NCBI GenBank assembly: GCA_963663545.1
Contig: OY760505.1
Location: 3,520,001-3,584,000 of the forward strand
Length of the DNA stretch: 64,000 bases
Direction of reading: 5' to 3'
From: Candidatus Delongbacteria bacterium
GTDB taxonomy: Bacteria; CAIWAD01
Under the pieces are notes generated by a model that saw only the letters and a list, made by a program, of their open reading frames with translations, made no database searches and was not told where the DNA came from. This document shows, in pieces, positions 60,452-64,000 of the stretch; positions within the stretch are counted from its first letter, which is position 1; every line of letters begins with the position of its first letter. A program made the translations under genes and the position numbers.

Positions 60452-61392
60452 AAACGATGCCCCCGGAACTGCTGCTGCGACACAGGCACAACCCCATCCT
60501 TAGCGCAGCGGATTGGCCCTACCAGATCAACAGCGTGTTCAACGCCGGCGCCGTAATGCTGCCCAACGGCGAGACTCTGCTGCTGTGCCGGGTCGAGGAC
60601 CGCGGCGGCCTCTCACACCTCTGCGCGGCCTGCTCGGTCAACGGCGTGGATGGGTGGAAGATTGATCCACAGCCTACCTTGGCGCCGGATCCCGGGGAGC
60701 ACCCCGAAGAACAGTACGGCATCGAGGATCCACGTATCACGTACATCCCCGAACTGCACAAGTTCGCCGTCGTCTACACGGCCTTCTCCCGCGATGGCCC
60801 AGGCGTAGCCCTGGCCTTCACCGAGGACTTCCGCCACTTCGAGCGCGTCGGCATCATCATGTCGCCAGAGGACAAGGACGCCGCGCTCCTGCCCGTCCGC
60901 ATCGGTGGGAACTGGGCCCTGATCCATCGCCCCGTCAGCGCGAAGGGCGCGCACATGTGGGTCTCCTACTCCGCCGACTTGCGCCACTGGGGCAGCCACA
61001 AGCTGATGCTGGAAGCGCGGCTGGGCGGCTACTGGGACGCCGGTCGCATCGGCCTGAACTGTCCGCCCATCGAGACGCCCGAAGGTTGGCTAGTGCTCTA
61101 CCACGGCATGAAGCACACCGGAGCCGGCTGTCTCTACCGAATCGGGCTGGCCCTCTTCGACCGTAACGAGCCGGAACTCTGCCTGAAGCGCGGCAGCGAA
61201 TGGGTCTTCGGCCCCAAGGAAGACTACGAACAGCGCGGCGACGTGGGCAATGTTGTTTTCCCTTGCGGCTGCACTCTGGCCCCGGACGGTGACACGCTCA
61301 GAGTCTACTATGGCGCGGCGGACACCTGCATAGCCCTGGCCACAGGCAGTGTGGAAGCCATGCTCGCCTGGCTGGATCGGCACGCCCTGTGA
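60448..61392 (+). CDS. GH130-family glycoside phosphorylase/hydrolase
   Basis: NPIL, VFNAG, GIEDPRI, DKD, HRP and YYGAADT motifs; ATGA overlap. Confidence 0.9.
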   Translation: MKTMPPELLLRHRHNPILSAADWPYQINSVFNAGAVMLPNGETLLLCRVEDRGGLSHLCAACSVNGVDGWKIDPQPTLAPDPGEHPEEQYGIEDPRITYIPELHKFAVVYTAFSRDGPGVALAFTEDFRHFERVGIIMSPEDKDAALLPVRIGGNWALIHRPVSAKGAHMWVSYSADLRHWGSHKLMLEARLGGYWDAGRIGLNCPPIETPEGWLVLYHGMKHTGAGCLYRIGLALFDRNEPELCLKRGSEWVFGPKEDYEQRGDVGNVVFPCGCTLAPDGDTLRVYYGAADTCIALATGSVEAMLAWLDRHAL

Positions 61393-61625
61393 ACCGCCGG
61401 TCCCGCGACAATCGAGTGCCCTGACACAACCATAAAAGGCAGGACGACCTACTCCTGCCGATCCCATCCCGGCTCAGGCGTGTCACGCGCGTGCGTGTGC
61501 ACCCTCCGCTGGGACTTCCTCGACATGCTGGGGAGCACGAGAGGCAGCGAAGAGAGGGGTGTTTTCACCACCATCGGTCAGGGCGCTGTTGTGGTTGCGA
61601 TGTGGATCGGGCTGGTGGGGTGGTC

Positions 61626-61753
61626 GGGGAATGTTTAGCGTCTGCCGCCCGGTCTGTGGTGCGGCGGGTGCGTTCGGCAACCGTGCCGTTCCTGTGTCGA
61701 AGGTGCGCAAGCGCCGTGACACGGATCGGGACGGCAGCAAGATTTTGTTAAAT
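61626..61753 (-). other. degenerate attC-like site
   Basis: Minus strand ATTTAAC-aaaatc-TTGCTGCC...GCGGCAGA-cgctaaac-ATTCCCC (GTT replaced by ATT). Confidence 0.55.
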
Positions 61754-61864
61754 GAGCCTTTCGCGACCCTTGGCGACCGACCACTCGACGAGGTCCGTTC
61801 GCTTTCCTCCGTCAGTTGACCATATTGACTGTAGAGACCACACTTGTCCTGTCTACACTCCGGG

Positions 61865-62037
61865 TCAAGTTCCCAGCGCGGTAGTTCCGCAATCATGCAC
61901 CTGTTTCTCGTGGTCCATCTGCCATTTGAACATCACATCGTCGGGGTTGATTCGGCGTCCTCCCAGAGCTCTATACATCTGCATGGCAGGCATATTGGAT
62001 TCGTTTGTGAGTACGAGCGAACTCCCACATCCAGCCT
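61865..62037 (-). pseudogene. GNAT acetyltransferase C-terminal remnant
   Basis: EAGC...VLTNESNMPAMQMYRALGG; cut at the repeat B border. Confidence 0.65.
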
Positions 62038-62200
62038 CCTGCCCGATGGTCGCGTCGGGGCGCTCTTTCAGGGCGAACCCGCCAGCATCCTGAGCGTACT
62101 CACGCAGCTTGAGGGCAACCCGGGTATGATCCGCGTGGACGAGCTTGCCCGCGAGGAGATCGACCACGAGCCCTGCGGCGACTTCACTGTATTGCGTTGA
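62038..62200 (+). pseudogene. acyP: 3' half of acylphosphatase
   Basis: LPDGRVGALFQG...[10 protein letters not shown]...VLR*; no 5' half. Confidence 0.85.
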
Positions 62201-62206
62201 GCATTT

Positions 62207-62596
62207 TCAGCAGTGTTCAGGCAAACGATAAACTGCACGGACGATACCATTTCGCATGAGACCTTCCCCGAAGTTTAAAAGAAACCCCAACCGTAATCCG
62301 CTAAGCTTCAGATAAGTGAGGAGTTGCTTCCTGTGTGTGTCGGTGATGCAAACGATGGACTTCAACTCCAGCAAGACTTTGCCTTCGATGATGATGTCAG
62401 CCCGAAATCCGAGATGAAACTCTTTTCCGCGCCAAAACACCGGGACCGGGACTTGTCTCAAAGCGACCAGACCTCTTTCTCTAGGCTCGTGTGCGAGTAC
62501 GGCTTCGTAGACGGTCTCCAACAAACCTGGCCCTAGCTCGCAATGAATTGTCAACGCAGCATCAATCACAATTCGGCCAATCTCGTTTTCCGTCAT
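62207..62596 (-). CDS. GxxExxY protein, second copy
   Basis: Near-identical to 48465-48854. Confidence 0.85.
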   Translation of the reverse strand: MTENEIGRIVIDAALTIHCELGPGLLETVYEAVLAHEPRERGLVALRQVPVPVFWRGKEFHLGFRADIIIEGKVLLELKSIVCITDTHRKQLLTYLKLSGLRLGFLLNFGEGLMRNGIVRAVYRLPEHC

Positions 62597-63174
62597 CTGT
62601 ACTCCTGGCTTTCGTCTTGCAAACTACAACGAGAAAAGCCCGGAGTGAAGAGATTCGCCGCGTGTTTCGCTTGCGGAGGATACTGCTGTAAGCTGCTGTA
62701 GACAGTTTCCTGTTGTTTGACAAAAAAGAGGTGCATCTCGCCAAGCTCGAAGAGCTTGCAAGCTCGCGAAGCTCGCCAAGGAAGAGTAAAAGGGAGTTTT
62801 GGTTATAATAGCTGGCTGTTGGCTAGGACCTCTTGAAGAGGGGTGATTTTACACGCAAAGGAGAGACGCTCTCGTCAATATGTGTGTTCAGCAGATGTCT
62901 TCACCAGTCCAGATTCTTCTTTGCGTCCTTGGCGCGCTTTGCGAGATGCAATCTTCCTGGCGAGCTTTGGTTACTCAGCCAACTTTTCCTACTACAACCC
63001 ACAGCTTTGTTTGCCAACTTGTGCACGCCCTGAGACCCTCCTGCAATCGAAGATGAACCAAAGAAGCGAGCTCCGCTGTGCGGGGAGCTTCCAGGATAAA
63101 CGGCAACGCGCGAGACCCCCGAACACTACCTCGCACGTCGCCAGACACCATTTATCAGAGCCTGGGAGACAGAG

Positions 63175-64000
63175 ATGAAACAACGTGTAGTACTGGCTTT
63201 TGCCCTGGCATTGCCGGGATTCCTGGCGGCAGCCCAGCTTGCCGATGCAGGTGCAAACGGGAACGGCCTTCAGCGCCAGGACCTCGGCGCGCGTGTGCAG
63301 AGCGTGCTGTGGAGCGAGAGTTTTGAGAACGGAGCTGTGGGCGCCAACGCGGCTGGCTGGGTCGACCATTGGAGCTCCGGCGGCGTGCGCATCGAGAACA
63401 CCCTCGTCAGCGGTGGTCAACAAGGCGCGCTGGTGCAGGGCAACGGCGGCAACTGCCGCGGCGCGTCCTATCCGGGCAGCCTCTTTGAGCAGGACGTGCT
63501 GATTCAGTTCGACGTCTATCTGCCCACCAACTACGCCAATTCCGCACCCACGCTCTTTGGCTACGCGGGCATCAGCCACTACTTCTATTGCGAAGGCAGC
63601 ACTTATTCCTACACGCACAACGGCGAGCAGCTGCTGAGCGGCATCACGCCCCTTAGCTGGCACCACATTTCCATGCGCGTCGATTGGGACGATGCCGTCT
63701 TTTCCATCGCGCTGGATCAGGAGCCCTACAGCGCGTGGGTGGCTTTCACGCCCAACGTTTCCGGCGGCTGGGGCAGTGACTTCTCGCTGTACGGACAGCA
63801 TCAGCAGGGTTCGCCGCCCAACAATTATGGCTACTACGATGAGATCAGCATCAGCGCCGCCAATTGGGACGAGGACGTCGCCGAGGCCGACGAGCAGCCT
63901 GCCGCTTTCAGCCTGCTGAAGGCCTATCCGAATCCCTTCAACCCGACGACCATGCTGGCCTTCGAGCTTCCCGAGACCGCCGAAGTGCGCCTGGCCATCT
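63175..64000 (+). CDS. secreted protein with C-terminal YPNPFNP sorting/FlgD-Ig domain (partial)
   Basis: Manual translation MKQRVVLAFALALPG...FSLLKAYPNPFNPTTMLAFELP; runs off the window. Confidence 0.8.
   Translation, partial: MKQRVVLAFALALPGFLAAAQLADAGANGNGLQRQDLGARVQSVLWSESFENGAVGANAAGWVDHWSSGGVRIENTLVSGGQQGALVQGNGGNCRGASYPGSLFEQDVLIQFDVYLPTNYANSAPTLFGYAGISHYFYCEGSTYSYTHNGEQLLSGITPLSWHHISMRVDWDDAVFSIALDQEPYSAWVAFTPNVSGGWGSDFSLYGQHQQGSPPNNYGYYDEISISAANWDEDVAEADEQPAAFSLLKAYPNPFNPTTMLAFELPETAEVRLAI

Larger units (their letters stand above)
62038..62885. repeat. direct repeat B, copy 2
   Basis: Collinear with 48296-49143. Confidence 0.92.

Overview
64 kb of a GC-rich (about 60% by eye) bacterial chromosome. 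The C-terminal YPNPFNP sorting domain at the window end suggests an FCB-group lineage (inference). Housekeeping blocks are GH20, pfk, serS-trkA-trkH-trkH-ybbR-like-tsaD, a Na+-pumping methylmalonyl-CoA-decarboxylase-type operon, dnaX-ybaB-recR-pgsA-pgpA-cinA-thpR-recA and plsY-gpsA-acyP. They are interrupted by accessory DNA. The main find is an integron gene-cassette array with no integrase in the window (about 25.36-33.36 kb), recognised from matching GTT.../...AAC core sites around its genes. Its cassettes carry an AT-rich two-gene operon (channel-like membrane protein plus ThsB-like TIR protein, a candidate undescribed Thoeris-related anti-phage system), an HNH nuclease, acuI and secreted proteins. 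Two copies of an IS110/IS1111 element are inserted at the same position in two attC sites. Their downstream non-coding region holds a hairpin whose loop matches the attC core, a candidate seek/bridge RNA guide. Also seen: a dnaX A9 slippage site with stops in both shifted frames; a 12.9-kb sigma-54 island between 848-bp direct repeats that split acyP; a methyltransferase islet between 158-bp repeats; decayed TA, hsdR and IS remnants; and an over-represented GTGATAC heptamer in core genes. No rRNA, tRNA or CRISPR array was found. All family assignments are from motif recognition by eye, not database searches.
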